Positions 39,018-52,185 of a stretch of DNA of 64,000 bases are shown here, piece after piece. The notes below the pieces were generated by a model. It did not search any database. It saw only the letters and a program-made list of their open reading frames with translations, and was not told where the DNA came from. Both the position numbers and the translations under genes were made by a program. Numbering within the stretch: position 1 is the stretch's first letter; each line of letters opens with the position of its first letter. The DNA is from Bigelowiella natans CCMP2755 (lineage: Eukaryota > Protista > Cercozoa): the NCBI GenBank assembly GCA_000320545.1, contig ADNK01000640.1, positions 1 to 64,000 of the forward strand, given 5' to 3'.

Positions 39018-39372
39018 GGTAATGGGGTTTTTCTTGGTATAACTTCGAGGTTTTTTCCTACTGGGACCGGTCGCATTGACTACATCTTTTGCCTTATATA
39101 TTGATGGAAAAGACTGATAAGTAAGTAATACTTTGCAAGATGCATTAAAAGGTATAAATAAATTAGTACCAATGAATAAGAATAAAATTTAATTTATCTC
39201 ATTTTGAGTTGAAGGTAGTATAGTATGACATACAATACTGTCTTGGTCATTATCAGGTAGTGGCCAAAAGCGTTTCCTTATATTCAGAGCAAATGTTTGA
39301 GCAGCTTCTGTTATCATCTGTGGTCAATGTATGTACAGCAGTTAAATGCCTCCTATGTATAAAACAATATAA

Positions 39373-40683
39373 ATATAGAAATATGAATACCCCCCTCCTA
39401 CTATTTAATTCAGCCCTACCTTCTACAGAAATAATCACTGCGTAACCAGGGTATTAAGGTAGGTTCGTGGGCCAGTTTAAAATTGGAGATATGAAACACA
39501 GGAGAGTCTCTGGAAATTTGACCAACTCGAGACCTTTATGTATAGAAATATGAATACCCCCCTCCTACTATTTAATTCAGCCCTACCTTCTACAGAAATA
39601 ATGACTGTGTAACCAGGGTAGGTTCGTGGGCCAGTTTAAAATTGGAGATATGAAACACAGGAGAGTCTCTGGAAATTTGACCAACTCGAGACCTTTATGT
39701 ATAGAAATATGAATACCTCCCTCCTACTATTTAATTCAGCCCTACCTTCTACAGAAATAATCACTGCGTGACCAGGGTAGGTTCGTGGGCCAGTTTAAAA
39801 TTGGAGATATGAAACACAGGAGAGTCTCTGGAAATTTGACCAACTCGAGACCTTTATGTATAGAAATATGAATACCCCCCTCCTACTATTTAATTCAGCC
39901 CTACCTTCTACAGAAATAATGACTGTGTAACCAGGGTAGGTTCGTGGGCCAGTTTAAAATTGGAGATATGAAACACAGGAGAGTCTCTGGAAATTTGACC
40001 AACTCGAGACCTTTATGTATAGAAATATGAATACCTCCCTCCTACTATTTAATTCAGCCCTACCTTCTACAGAAATAATCACTGCGTGACCAGGGTAGGT
40101 TCGTGGGCCAGTTTAAAATTGGAGATATGAAACACAGGAGAGTCTCTGGAAATTTGACCAACTCGAGACCTTTATGTATAGAAATATGAATACCCCCCTC
40201 CTACTATTTAATTCAGCCCTACCTTCTACAGAAATAATCACTGCGTAACCAGGGTAGGTTCGTGGGCCAGTTTAAAATTGGAGATATGAAACACAGGAGA
40301 GTCTCTGGAAATTTGACCAACTCGAGATAGTCCTGGGATATATATTATTTTAGGGATAAGTATAAATAAAGACCAATTAATGCAAAATTATACCCTTTAC
40401 ACGAGTTTTATGTAAAAAGGGATATTTGCGGAATATCGAAATAAGTCAAAATTAAACCCTATAAATACCCATATTAGACAAATATTTGAGTTTTATGGTA
40501 GATATACTGGGTACGACTCGTATATATAGAAGAAATTATGAGGTTTAGAGAGATAAATACAAAATTACAAGATTTTACAAGACTTAAAACAAATACAGAG
40601 AAACGAAATGTAAATTTCCAAAAGCAAAATATAGTTGTCGCGGTCGTGAATTATAGACCGTGCATATTAAGAAACAGTTCTTA
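39373..40683 (+). mobile_element. right end (copy C) of the TIR element with a six-unit 159-bp array
   Basis: CTCGAG at 39526, 39685, 39844, 40003, 40162, 40321 (159-bp period); 40327-40683 nearly identical to 22934-23293. Confidence 0.85.
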
Positions 40684-41249
40684 TTATCAACTAAAGTACA
40701 GCTTGTCGCGGAGTGTGAACCGCATGTATTTTTGCTCTCATACCATTGGCCGTTACTGTCAAAATATGTAGTTCATAATTCGATTGTCGCGCAGGGAAAG
40801 TCCTCGTGGCTATGACGCCTGAGGGCATCCCGAATCTCCGACAGAATCTAGGCAAAAAATACAGGACATTTCTCATGGACGGCAACGAGCGTTTTGCTCT
40901 CAACCAGATCGCTCATTTTGACGAGGAGACATCTACGTGACACATCATGCGTTACCTTGAGTTACTTGTAGATCTACCGCCAAAAAACTCGAAATAACTC
41001 CCAACCCGAAACCTGGGGAGAACAATTTCGGCAAAGACCTCATCGCAATGAGGTAGATCTAATAACAGCAGTGTAGATGTTCAGCTCGCCCCCCATTGCT
41101 GCCCAGTGCCACTCATAGTTCATAGTTTACCATTTTGAACTCCATGGAATTCAAAGCTTCGCTGTAGACATTTTTTAGGCGTACCCCGAAGCGTTGGGGT
41201 TGCGCTGCTCATCTTGCGATCTCACGAGGCGCAATTTTGAGCAACGGAA

Positions 41250-41784
41250 AGAGGAAGGAGGAGGGGAACTAATTGGTCGGGAGGAGAGGGAAGTTGCGTC
41301 ATTTACCTAAATTTTCTGTTTCGTTTTTCCATAACCTATCCGACAAGGAAAGCCAGGGTTATTGATTTCTACGACGAATGATCGCCCTCTCGCCATACGG
41401 TGGAGCTATCCTATTCACGTAAGAGCAACGGGGAAGGCGAAGGCAGTAGCAGGATCAGCGACAGAATGAGTAGCGGTGGCAACCAACAGGCACAATGGGC
41501 GAGAAAAATGTCTCGCGCAATTCCAGGAAACCTGAGATTAGTCCTTGCGAACAACTCAGAACCATCCCCGTGCACAAAGGTATGATGTATTTGTCACACC
41601 GCTGCCATGAGAACGTAGTGTATCAAAATGATCAGAAGGGGGGTGACAAATTATCATCGCGTTGTGGTCGACTTGATATCCATCGTGTCTTGCTGCGGGA
41701 ATGGAATGAACTGAAAATACCGTTGTTATACTTGCAGCTTTTTGATGGATTGTTCATTGGAAATAGGCACGTGTCCCAGGTACT

Positions 41785-41839
<55 letters not shown>

Positions 41840-42775
41840 GATAAGATAGACTCTCTATATTATATCTATGCGTTGCGTTTGGGTTTGTGTGTGTGTGTGT
41901 GTGTGTGTAGTATGTATGAGTGTCTATCGAGTATCTATAAAGCATCATTTTCTCCTCACTTAGGACTTCCACTTTTTGCGAATGAACAAAATTACGCACA
42001 TTGTTAATTGCTCCGGTAAAAGTTTCCGTCTATTTTAAAGAACAAATCAACACAACACAACACAACACTTACCATATAAAAAGAAAAGAAATATATGGGG
42101 TGCAGAGGCTTACCATGTACTCAAACATTGTCTCAGAGCATGATCACGCTACTAATTTATTGACGAAACGCATCACTATCACTACAACAGGGAACAGTAT
42201 ACCAAACAGAGCCTCTCGGATTGGTGTCAAGTATCTTACATTTCGCTGGACTGGATCGTCTAAGACCCAGGTTGTTAGGATATTCTCTCCTGACCACCCC
42301 CTCTTTTTCTCCTTCTTTCCGACTCTCCTATTTTTTTGCTTCGAAGCTCTGTATGTGTTGGTAGGAAAGAGGGAGAGAGAGAGAGAGAGGAAGAAAGAGA
42401 GAGAGAGAGAGAGAAGAAAGGGAAGGAAGGAGATTGAGAGCGACGTATAGTAGGGACGGTGCAAGCTTTGACATATCTTCTCTTTACCCATTCTTATTCT
42501 TCACGCAGCTTTTCGATGGAAAGGGAACGCGGATCGGCTACTTGCAAAAGTTCATAGACGCTGGCCGCCAAAACGGAACAAGTGAGTAGTGTAGAATACC
42601 TACCACACCTTCTTTCTTTCTACGCACAAGGGGGAGGTGAGGTGGTTATTGCAAAGAAGATGTGACTCTAAATGGGGGAGAGGAAATCACGAAGGCGTGT
42701 GGAAGAATTCAAGGAACCATCGTGCAATTTTCTTAGTCGAAACGACAAGTTTTATTGAATATTTTATACGTATGT

Positions 42776-42810
<35 letters not shown>

Positions 42811-44060
42811 TTATATAACGAACAGGTGTACTAATTCACTGTGAGCATGGAAATAACCGCGCTATTGTGGCAGCTGCTGCATACCTCATGATAAAATTTA
42901 AGTGGCCACTAAATAAGGTGGTGACAGACCGTAGTGAGTGTGAGGCATTCGTTTCATAAATCACGAAAAACATGCACATTCTCCTCTTCTCTGTTCTCTT
43001 CTGCATAGAGATGAACGCACTGATACATAAGACGTGTTTGCGCCCGTGTCTGAATTTCGTGGTTTTGTGATTGTATTCTTTGATAACTGACTTAATTTTT
43101 GTTTCTCCTTCCTCCCTGTCGAAATGTCCTCTTTTCAGTGTTTGGAGCTAATATCGTTCCATCGTTCGGAAATAAACCCGAAAGGGTATTTTCTCTCCCA
43201 GCTTGCTCAAATCCAACGGCAGCTCAAAATAGACACACCTACGCCCCAGGCGAAAGTAGGAACTAATATCTAGTAATGGTTATGTTCAATAAGGCTGGAT
43301 TTCCGACTCATATACAGAATATACCTCGAATTTAAACACACACACAAACACAAACACACACGTGTAAACATGCATGACTACATGCAATTATAACATATTT
43401 GAAGAATCTGTGGGAGCATAACTCTATCATATCACTCAGACAACCTCTTCGGAAGTAGAGCAACGATGGTAATCCCAGATGAAAATCCCATTTTTAAAGC
43501 TGACGTCATTCTAGTCAACACCGAATGTATTCCGCTAAATGACTCTTCCTGAACTCACCCCAGGATATGCGGAAAACACACACACACACACACGCTCGCA
43601 CGCATGTATATTCATCCATCATCAGGTTGGCAACTCCAACGTCTAATTTAGAGGCGACTATACAAAATACCTTTATTAACGGTAAGGCATGCACCCACAC
43701 CCGTATGGCCTCGTCGGCGTGATGATTACAGCCTATTTTAACCTGTTCCGTCAAGCTTTTGCACCTATCAATTTCGATTCTCCCACTCTTTCGTTCTGCC
43801 TTTCCCCCACTGTTTACCTTGGTTGTCGTTCTCTTTCGTGCATCTTTGCCCCTGTTTTTCTCGGTTATCATACGATAAATCGGCCCCCCTCTATGTGTCC
43901 TCTCCCCATCCTCCGCATGCAGGGCATGTCGTATTTGACTTTGAGCCAGCTACTAGTATCGCTCGCCCTTTTGTGCATCAAAGTCCGCCGAAAAGTTTCC
44001 GAATGGGTCGGGGATCGGTCTTTAAGAGAAAGCCGAAGATGAATACTTCGATGCCACAGC
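41250..44060 (-). CDS. multi-exon gene of unknown function (approximate span)
   Basis: Minus-strand AG/GT-flanked exons such as VKIGCNHHADEAIRVWVHALPLIK, WPLKFYHE, ENILTTWVLDDPVQRN. Confidence 0.35.
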
Positions 44061-44350
44061 AAAGTAGAGTGAAATGGCGTGACCAGAAGATTATGGTTGT
44101 CATCACGTCTAACAGATAATACAAAATAACATGCCTGCCGACAATAAACAGCTCTAAAGGGCGATTAGTCGCTGTTAATATCCATTGTTCACGGCAATAT
44201 TTTGGCAGAAATCAATAGTGATCAAATCGGGGTGCCACTATGGTGAGTTCAAGAGCGGATCGCGGGTAAGCTTTTGCACGTCCATTCATACAAGCGCACA
44301 CGCACGTGTCCACGTGCATGCTTCATATGTATTCCCCGTACATTATATGA

Positions 44351-45059
44351 TTGTACGACTTTCCTCGTGATGTGCAGCCCCATACGCCGATATTGCGTGG
44401 AGGTAGCGGCGTGGCAGCCACATCATCATCCTTTGCTTCGGAACCTGCTGCGCCAAAGGCGGCAGTTAGGCCATCAACCCCAAAAGATTCTGTCAAGGTT
44501 TCCAGCAAGTGGAAGCCGCCAACTCTCAACATTCAATCTCCAGAGATTAAAAGAATCAGAGACTTCTCGCATAACAACAGCAACTGCCACCCTTTTGAGC
44601 CAAGGATGAAGCGGGTACTTGCACAGCATCACGCCCGATTCCCTTGGCTATAGTGCGGACGTAGCTTCAAACATTTGCCTTCGCCTGGCGCACAGACTAG
44701 TCACACTTTGCTGAATGTTATCGAATTAATCAGGTCCAAACACCGATGCAAATAAAGTCAAGGAGCTTCACACCCATGAGGAAGAAGCAGCTCCAACCGA
44801 TTAGCTTAACGCCTGAATTCGACCAGAGCGACAAGCAGAGCTCATCCTCGCCAGTGGTCTCAATGACCAACCTCACCCCCCCTCCTCTCTTCATCGATGA
44901 GGGGGTGATGGTTGAAGGTGATCGAGTCACCGAGAAAGAACCCGTGAGGCCATCAACTCCTTTTTCATTAAAGACATATGCCGATCGTGCAGCCAGAGCG
45001 ATAAATGACCGTTCTCCGCGCACACAAATTCCCTTGAGCGCTAGGTATATATATTTATA

Positions 45060-45114
<55 letters not shown>

Positions 45115-46450
45115 CATACAGTACTTGCTTGCGCATAGAGGACGATTGAACAAATCAATCCGCGTAAATAAAACTTTGAATTTTGTAAGTTTATGTGCGG
45201 GGGTGTGTGAGTTTGTTATTGTATCTTCATCTCTCGATACTCAATATGTTGGTGATAATTTTGGAAACGCCATTCTTAGGCATTCCGCTCGTAATAGCAG
45301 CCGCCGACCTTCCAGGAGGTGTTATTTGCATGATACATATATTATGTCTGCGTGTGCGTGTGTGTAAATTTTACATACTTACGTTCTTGTTCGACGATTG
45401 TTCGTATACCTCTACAGCCGTATGACGATGTCCTGGGAGCTAAAGCCAAGTAAGGGGGAGAACGGTGTTGGGCGAGGGGAGAGAGTCAGAGAAACCAGAT
45501 GTAATAGAGTGTCCCATCGAAACAGTTTAGAATTTGGACAGAAACCTCTTTTTCTCTCTCTCTTCAGGCAGTAACAAGTCTATAGAGTCCAAACCGATCA
45601 GGAAGAAGCCGACAACAACAGAAAAAATTAGATATTCTAGTTCAGAGCTAAGTAAAATGACCGAGGCCACAAATGGGTCCATGAGGTATTGTTATATTAG
45701 CATAGCATGCTCGTTGTGGTTACACCCGTGTAGGGATGGTGGTGATGATAGCTGGCGATGTACGTTGCCACGATGATGAAGCAGAATCACCGCCTTGAGG
45801 TGGCCTCGTGCGACTCTATCCTTCTTGCTCGCTCAATTTCTTACGCGAGCGTTCTTTTGATATCAGCCCGTCTTTGTTAAGACTTAAATATTCAAAAGTC
45901 CATAGGAACGATTTAGCGCCCAGGTATGAGTCGAAAGTCCTCCAACCAAGTCAAAGAACAATGCGATGATGATGATGATGATGATGATGTGAACGATTGA
46001 CAATGATCTAGTTCGAAATCTATAACTCTTGATACAGTAATTCCAAATACTTCCATGTGCCCTTGTCCCTCACGTCTCGGGTGGAATGGCTAGTCTAATT
46101 CATCATCATGAAATGCGTTGTCAGGCTTACGCCCCAGTCGGGGAGACGGGCCCAAGTGCGATGTAGATCTCGCATTGCGCCCATGAATAGCAGAATGGCG
46201 ATAAGGTCTAAACATCCCCCTCCCCTCCCCGCTTTCTTGCTTCTTGGTCTTCATGTTTCAAGACCTTCTGACGACATTTTAGAGCAGGAATGAGTGCTTG
46301 TGTGATGAATGTATTTGATACTCTTCCCATTCCCCACTTTTCCCGGTCGCAATTTGTTGCCACAGAATCGATCAAACCGATGTTCATTCCTCTGAGATGG
46401 GCTTCCCCAGTGGAACCTCCTTCTCACTGACCTCTGCTCGATTGGGAGGT
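44351..46450 (+). CDS. Ser/Pro/Arg-rich, probably disordered protein, multi-exon (approximate span)
   Basis: Exons 44351-44614, 44734-45044 and ~45569-45685 with GT-AG boundaries; repeated RPSTP motifs. Confidence 0.45.
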
Positions 46451-47551
46451 GTCCAGAGCAGAAAGAATGGCGGTGGTAGCGGCATAAGCGCCAGAAAGAT
46501 CAGTTCTGTTCATGGCAGCGGCAAGAAAGGCCGCCAACGTCTAGGGTTCGCTTTCCGCTCCCCGAGGAAATGACAGCAGAGCAAAACGTTCACCACTTCC
46601 TGAAATCCAGGCTTGCAACGGAGACGCAGCAGCAATGAATCGGGAAAATAAAAGGATAGGAAGATAGATCGCAATGCGAGACCAGAGGTTTCATGACAGC
46701 ACACACATGCTGATGTGGTATTTCCACCTACATGCAGTTGTTCTCTATTCAATTTGAGTGCTCTCATGTTGAGACACCAGCTTTAGCTGTGTTTGCAGGA
46801 TGGTGATTTGTGAACATGATCATGTTTGGCACGATAACACGCATATAGTCTATTCATCTGTTTCTACGTGCCCTCCATGCATCGTGTGGATGTGCGCGAG
46901 CTTTCTTGCTGCACAGCAATTCTAACATTTGCGACAGCAGGATCCATCGTGCAGTGATGCTGACACAGGTGATGATGCATGCTAGCATGGCCCATCGTGC
47001 TTGTTGGCAGCTACAATGCGCGTGTTGCCACTTGCACGCACATGACGGTGATCCATGCATGATAGACATGCAATACACAACACATGCCAGCACGCTAGCG
47101 TGTCTGATGACCGGCTCCAGCAGGCAGCTAGCTAGCTAGGGCGTCCTAGCTAGCGTCCACAATTGTGCCATCGATCATGTCGCATTGATTTGGCTGACTT
47201 CACAGCCACGCACGCATGTAGCACTTGCTAGTGTGGCTAGTGCGCAAGCAAAGAACTTCAACGTGCCATCGACGTTCTTGCATTGTGCAATTGGCACAAG
47301 CATGACTTGCCGATTGGTCGATCATCTCGGGTCGATCGTTCGGATCTCTGATCTCCCTGGTTAGCTGGGGACTTTGTTTTTCAAGTGCTTGGTTTTGGCA
47401 ACGACCACGCGACGTGCACGTTCTTCCAGTGCCTCTGAGTCGAGCACTCCGGACGCACCGCAGCAAGGTTTTCAAAGGTGATGCGTGCCTGCGTGATTCA
47501 TCGTCACCCAAACGGATCAAGCATCTCTGCTACAACATTGCTCCTACTCAC

Positions 47552-47690
47552 CGTGGTTCGTTGGCAAGCTCCAGTGCTACCATGTAGGAGTAGTCACTGC
47601 TCACACAGGGCCACTGATGGGGCTGCTCACACCTTGGCCAGTGCTCTCCGTCACCGGCAGCAGGGCCTTTGTGAACGAGTGAGAGATTTC
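47552..47690 (-). pseudogene. glycoside hydrolase family 5-like exon relic, TpA-mutated
   Basis: SDYSYMVALELANEPR followed by a gtgagt donor; resembles the GH5 acid/base motif WELANEPR. Confidence 0.5.
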
Positions 47691-48349
47691 TCGGGATTTG
47701 ATTCTTCATAATCAGGAAGAATTCATTTGTCGCAGGAAAAAAACGGCCTATTAATTTCACCATCCTCTGCAGCAGCCGTTGTCAGCTCCTTCCGAAACAC
47801 ACACAGCATCGAACACGGGGGCCTCGGTGGCGCAGTGACCCGAGCTGCTTTGCCTGTGGATCGGGGTCAGGTTGGCTTGGGGGGGAGGCACGAGGTGTCA
47901 ATCCCCCAGGCGGCTCATAGGGGGGAAAATCGCGTTGGATGTGGCGCCCGGCCTGTGTTCTTGTTTTCCTGCTTTGCCATCATTGCGAGTGAGCTAGGTC
48001 GGTAATTTCTCCAACCCCCCCCCCCCCCCTGTTCTTTATCAAACGTCTGATCAATAAATGGCAGGTCGATATCACCTCTCCTTCGACGTGTCAAGAGGGC
48101 AGGAGCGTCTGCGAGGATCATTATCGAGGAGGAGGGGGGTTCAAAAGGATGGAGCGGGACCGGAAATCACCACCAGCAGTGGCAGGGTTGCAGATGCGTA
48201 GAACGTCGTGTGTTGTTTCCTCTCGATTCCGAACCATTTTTCCACGGGAATAGTAATAATCTGGATGTTTAGATGCTTGTTGAGATGATGTTCGTGCCTA
48301 AATTCTACTACTACTTACTACTACTACTACTCCTGCTACTATTTGGTAT

Positions 48350-48877
48350 TTAAAGGCTTCCCTCCATGCCTTGAATGCGACGACGACCCAAAAGCAGGGT
48401 AGTGAGAAAAGGGGGAGGGCGCTTGCGGAAGCGCTGGAGCGTTACATTCGCCAGGTACAGAGTGCGGTGGTCCGCAAACAATTATATAACGGCGATATTT
48501 ATGAAAACAATCTCCAGTACCACACCCTATGCACACACGCTCCAAGCATTTGTCCAAGTGCTCGGAGATCCTGCATTTACAAATACATTACTAGTTGTAA
48601 GCATGCCAACGTGGCATCTTCGGTGATAACCCCGCCATTACAAATGAATGTGAGATGAGTTAATGGGGGGCATGTATGGGATATCCTGCAGAGCATGGCC
48701 GAGGAAGGAATTGACCAGGAGGATGAACTTCAAAACGAGGACGGGAAGAGGGACGGAGGACTAGCAATGGCCAAGAAAAACAACGACTTCATAAAGAATA
48801 TGTGTAAAAATCTCATCAATGGATGTGCTGCGGGTAGAATATTTTGTAGCATAGCACGTGTATGTATGTATGGATGC

Positions 48878-48925
<48 letters not shown>

Positions 48926-49243
48926 GTGTGTGTGTGTGTGTGTTTGTCTGTGTGTGATGGGGACGGGGGCAAAATATCGTGGTATTGGCAACATTGATAC
49001 TCCTTAAAATTTCTTTTCATATTATAAGCTATGGAAGACTTATTTCACACCCTGCTGCTTCTTTCTTTTTTTATTTATCAGCTACATGTGACACTCTATT
49101 TGATGACGATAGCAGCTGCAATGAAGGGAAAGCTCTGACAACTGGTGCATCTACAGGATTTTCTAGAGCATGTTTGTGAGCACCATTACTTGATACGGAT
49201 GAATAAGGAGAAACGGTGTTAAATAAAAGTATTCTTTATGTGT

Positions 49244-49319
<76 letters not shown>

Positions 49320-49705
49320 GATCAGATTATGATAACGGCCATTTCTCTAACACTTCCAGGGAGGGAGGTCAAGGGACTTCAGTGGCGCCGCGATAACGAG
49401 CCTTGGACCCTCACTTGGGACGAAATGCAGGCAATTTGTTTCATCACGATGCCGTCGTCTACATTATAAATCAAGCCGTGAATTCTTCCCATATGAAGGG
49501 TTTTGTATGGGTGTTGATTCGATTGTTTTCATGTCCATCTGTGCGTAGTAGCGGTGCGTGCTTAGAATTTCAATCATCGCTGCGCCGCATCGTGCACTGC
49601 ATGGCCATCATATGCGGCGTTGTTTTCTTAGGGGGATTGGGGAAAAGTAGCAGGAACGCATCCGTCGGAATGGGTATACACATGATTATGATAATCATAT
49701 AAATT

Positions 49706-49754
<49 letters not shown>

Positions 49755-51017
49755 GAATTAAACGTAATTCCAAACCTCTTTCTTCTTCTCCCATTCGAAC
49801 GTATATCTGTAAGCTGCATTAATAGTCCAAAGTCATAAGTGTTATAGCTTTTCGTAGCAATGATAAGACCCGCTGGAATCGCCGCGATCATTCTTCTTCT
49901 TCTTCTTCTTCTTCTTCTTCTTTTTCCCCTTTAAGGAGCTTCATTTTCCGAGGAGGCGGGACTCGCACGACTCTACCGACACATGTAGTAGGAACATTAT
50001 GCCAGTTGCTGCAGGAGACATCGCTAGCAAGGAATGATGCTAGTAGGGGGGGGGGAGTGTCGCCACCAATAGCATCAACATCATGCTTAGCATTCACAAG
50101 CACAAACACGCACATGCACGCGCGCACGCACTCTCACGAACTCGCATGATTCTTATGTGTGTAAGTAAATGTGAGACATTTTTGCAAGGTCACTCTCCAG
50201 ATCTTTTGTGAATGTGGCATTTTGCTGAAACAAGTTCTGACGATGATTCTGCCATGTCCTCCCCCCCCTCCCCGCTATCTCTGTTATTTATTTGTCCTCA
50301 CGCGCGTGTACGAATTAATACGATACGTGTCGGATGTAAGCTGTGAGGGAAGAAAGGTTTCCTGAGCTGCCTCCCGAGTCGTTCCCAGAGAATTGGCAAG
50401 GGAGAGACAACAACAACAACAACAACAATAACAATAACGACAACAACTGCGGGAATAAAATAAAGAAGCAGAGGAGGAATCACCCCCCAAGGTGAGAGTA
50501 TAGTATATATACCCTTAATGTGAATTTCGTTGCAACTGGTGAAATGTGAAGAAGTGATTGGCGATAACCCAGTCTACCATACTGATTACAAAGAAGATAC
50601 ATATATGGATTGCAATTTATACTTAGTACACCATATCTGTGATAGGGAGGTTGTCTACGAGCAGCGACAACTGGCAAGGTACCTGTGGCTCCAACCCCAC
50701 TCCGTCATCCTCGTCGTCGTCATAAGGAATAGGACGAAACTCGTCGTCCCCTCCCTTTTAGGATGCGTGTTTTTCAGAGAGAGAGAGAGAGAGAGAGGGG
50801 GGGTGGGGGGGGGGAATACGCATTTTCACAAATTATGGCACAGCGACAAAATAGTAATTAAAAGCAACGATAATAACCTCACAACCCCATTATCCCCCTT
50901 CTTTACTTTTGGCCTGGATGATGAGCAGGCAGATGAACTTTGAGAAACGGAAAGCTCAGGTAGCAAGTATCTTTGTGTTGTGCTGCGATACTTGCGCCAC
51001 CAGCAATAGCCAAAGAC

Positions 51018-51069
<52 letters not shown>

Positions 51070-51361
51070 GTATATAATTATATCCGACATATTCTTCACT
51101 CCGATCTCAACACAACACATGTAGGGTTTCTACTGCTCCATTTGCGATGTTGCCTTTACACGGGAAAACGACGTCCAAGAACACAACGAGTAGTGGCATT
51201 AGGCGCAGTGTTAGTAATAGGAATAGTGCGAGGGAAGCAAGCGGGGGAGGACAGTGAAAGTTGCATCATCGAAGAAGTGTGAGGCATACAAAAGATCTGT
51301 GCATTGCTGCTTGACCCCTACTCCTCATCCTCGCTGTACGCAACTCATCCATTCCACAATG

Positions 51362-51399
<38 letters not shown>

Positions 51400-52185
51400 C
51401 GAAGAGGACGGCGGCATCGATCCAAGACAGAACCGTAAAGCATCATCACTATGACAGTATCTTACACACATATAGCCATGCCATGAAGGACTGTCGTTCC
51501 TTGATCTATGCTCACAAATAGTAACAAATCGACGCATCATCGCGTATGAAAGAACAAAAGTTTTGCTCCTTCCTAAGATGGAATGTGTGTGGTTGCCTGC
51601 CAGATATTGCTTGCCCTGTGACAAGTTCTTCACGAGTGATGCCCAGTTGGAGGAGCACAAGTATGTATGTATGTATGTATGTATGTGCGTACGTATGCAT
51701 GCGTGTATGTGTGTTTGTATACATACAGGAAAGAAAAGACTGTATGATATTTCGAGGAGAGAGGGAGGCGTTCTCTGAAACACCGATGATCTCAAAAAAA
51801 GAAAGATGACTTGGATATTTACGTATCGTTGAGACTGCTGTCTACACAATTCAACGAAGTTTGATAATTTTATTTTACCTCTTCTTACGCTCTCGATCCC
51901 CATCACCAAGCATCAGCTATTCTCTTGCTACATCTACTCAGGAAGGGCTCTAAGCATCGTAGTGCCGAGGCCATAGCAGCGGCAAATCCACGGGCAAAAT
52001 ATCGGAAGAGACCGGTTGTCATTTCTGTGCCACTTTTCATTGTATTCCCCGGCAGGGAGGGTAGAATCATCTACATTCTGAAAGCCATATGGTGTGAAAC
52101 TGCCAAAGAACTACAAGGCTACATTCTACATACTAATCAAAACTTCTCAACTTTGCTTTATGCAAGATATCTGATTTTGTTCTAA
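48350..52185 (+). CDS. protein with C-terminal C2H2/U1-type zinc fingers, multi-exon (approximate span)
   Basis: Exons GFYCSICDVAFTRENDVQEH (~51125) and YCLPCDKFFTSDAQLEEH|K..KGSKHR (~51604/51942). Confidence 0.6.

Larger units (their letters stand above)
26482..39200. mobile_element. endogenous virus-like insert (large DNA virus or Polinton-like origin), mostly hypermutated
   Basis: Gene-dense, microsatellite-free and intron-poor; carries a D5-like SF3 helicase, DUF378 and a SET-fold gene. No capsid, PolB or integrase recognised. Confidence 0.65.

Noticed and set aside
26482-39200. Firm Polinton or virophage assignment
   Set aside because: No recognisable PolB, integrase, packaging ATPase, protease or capsid.
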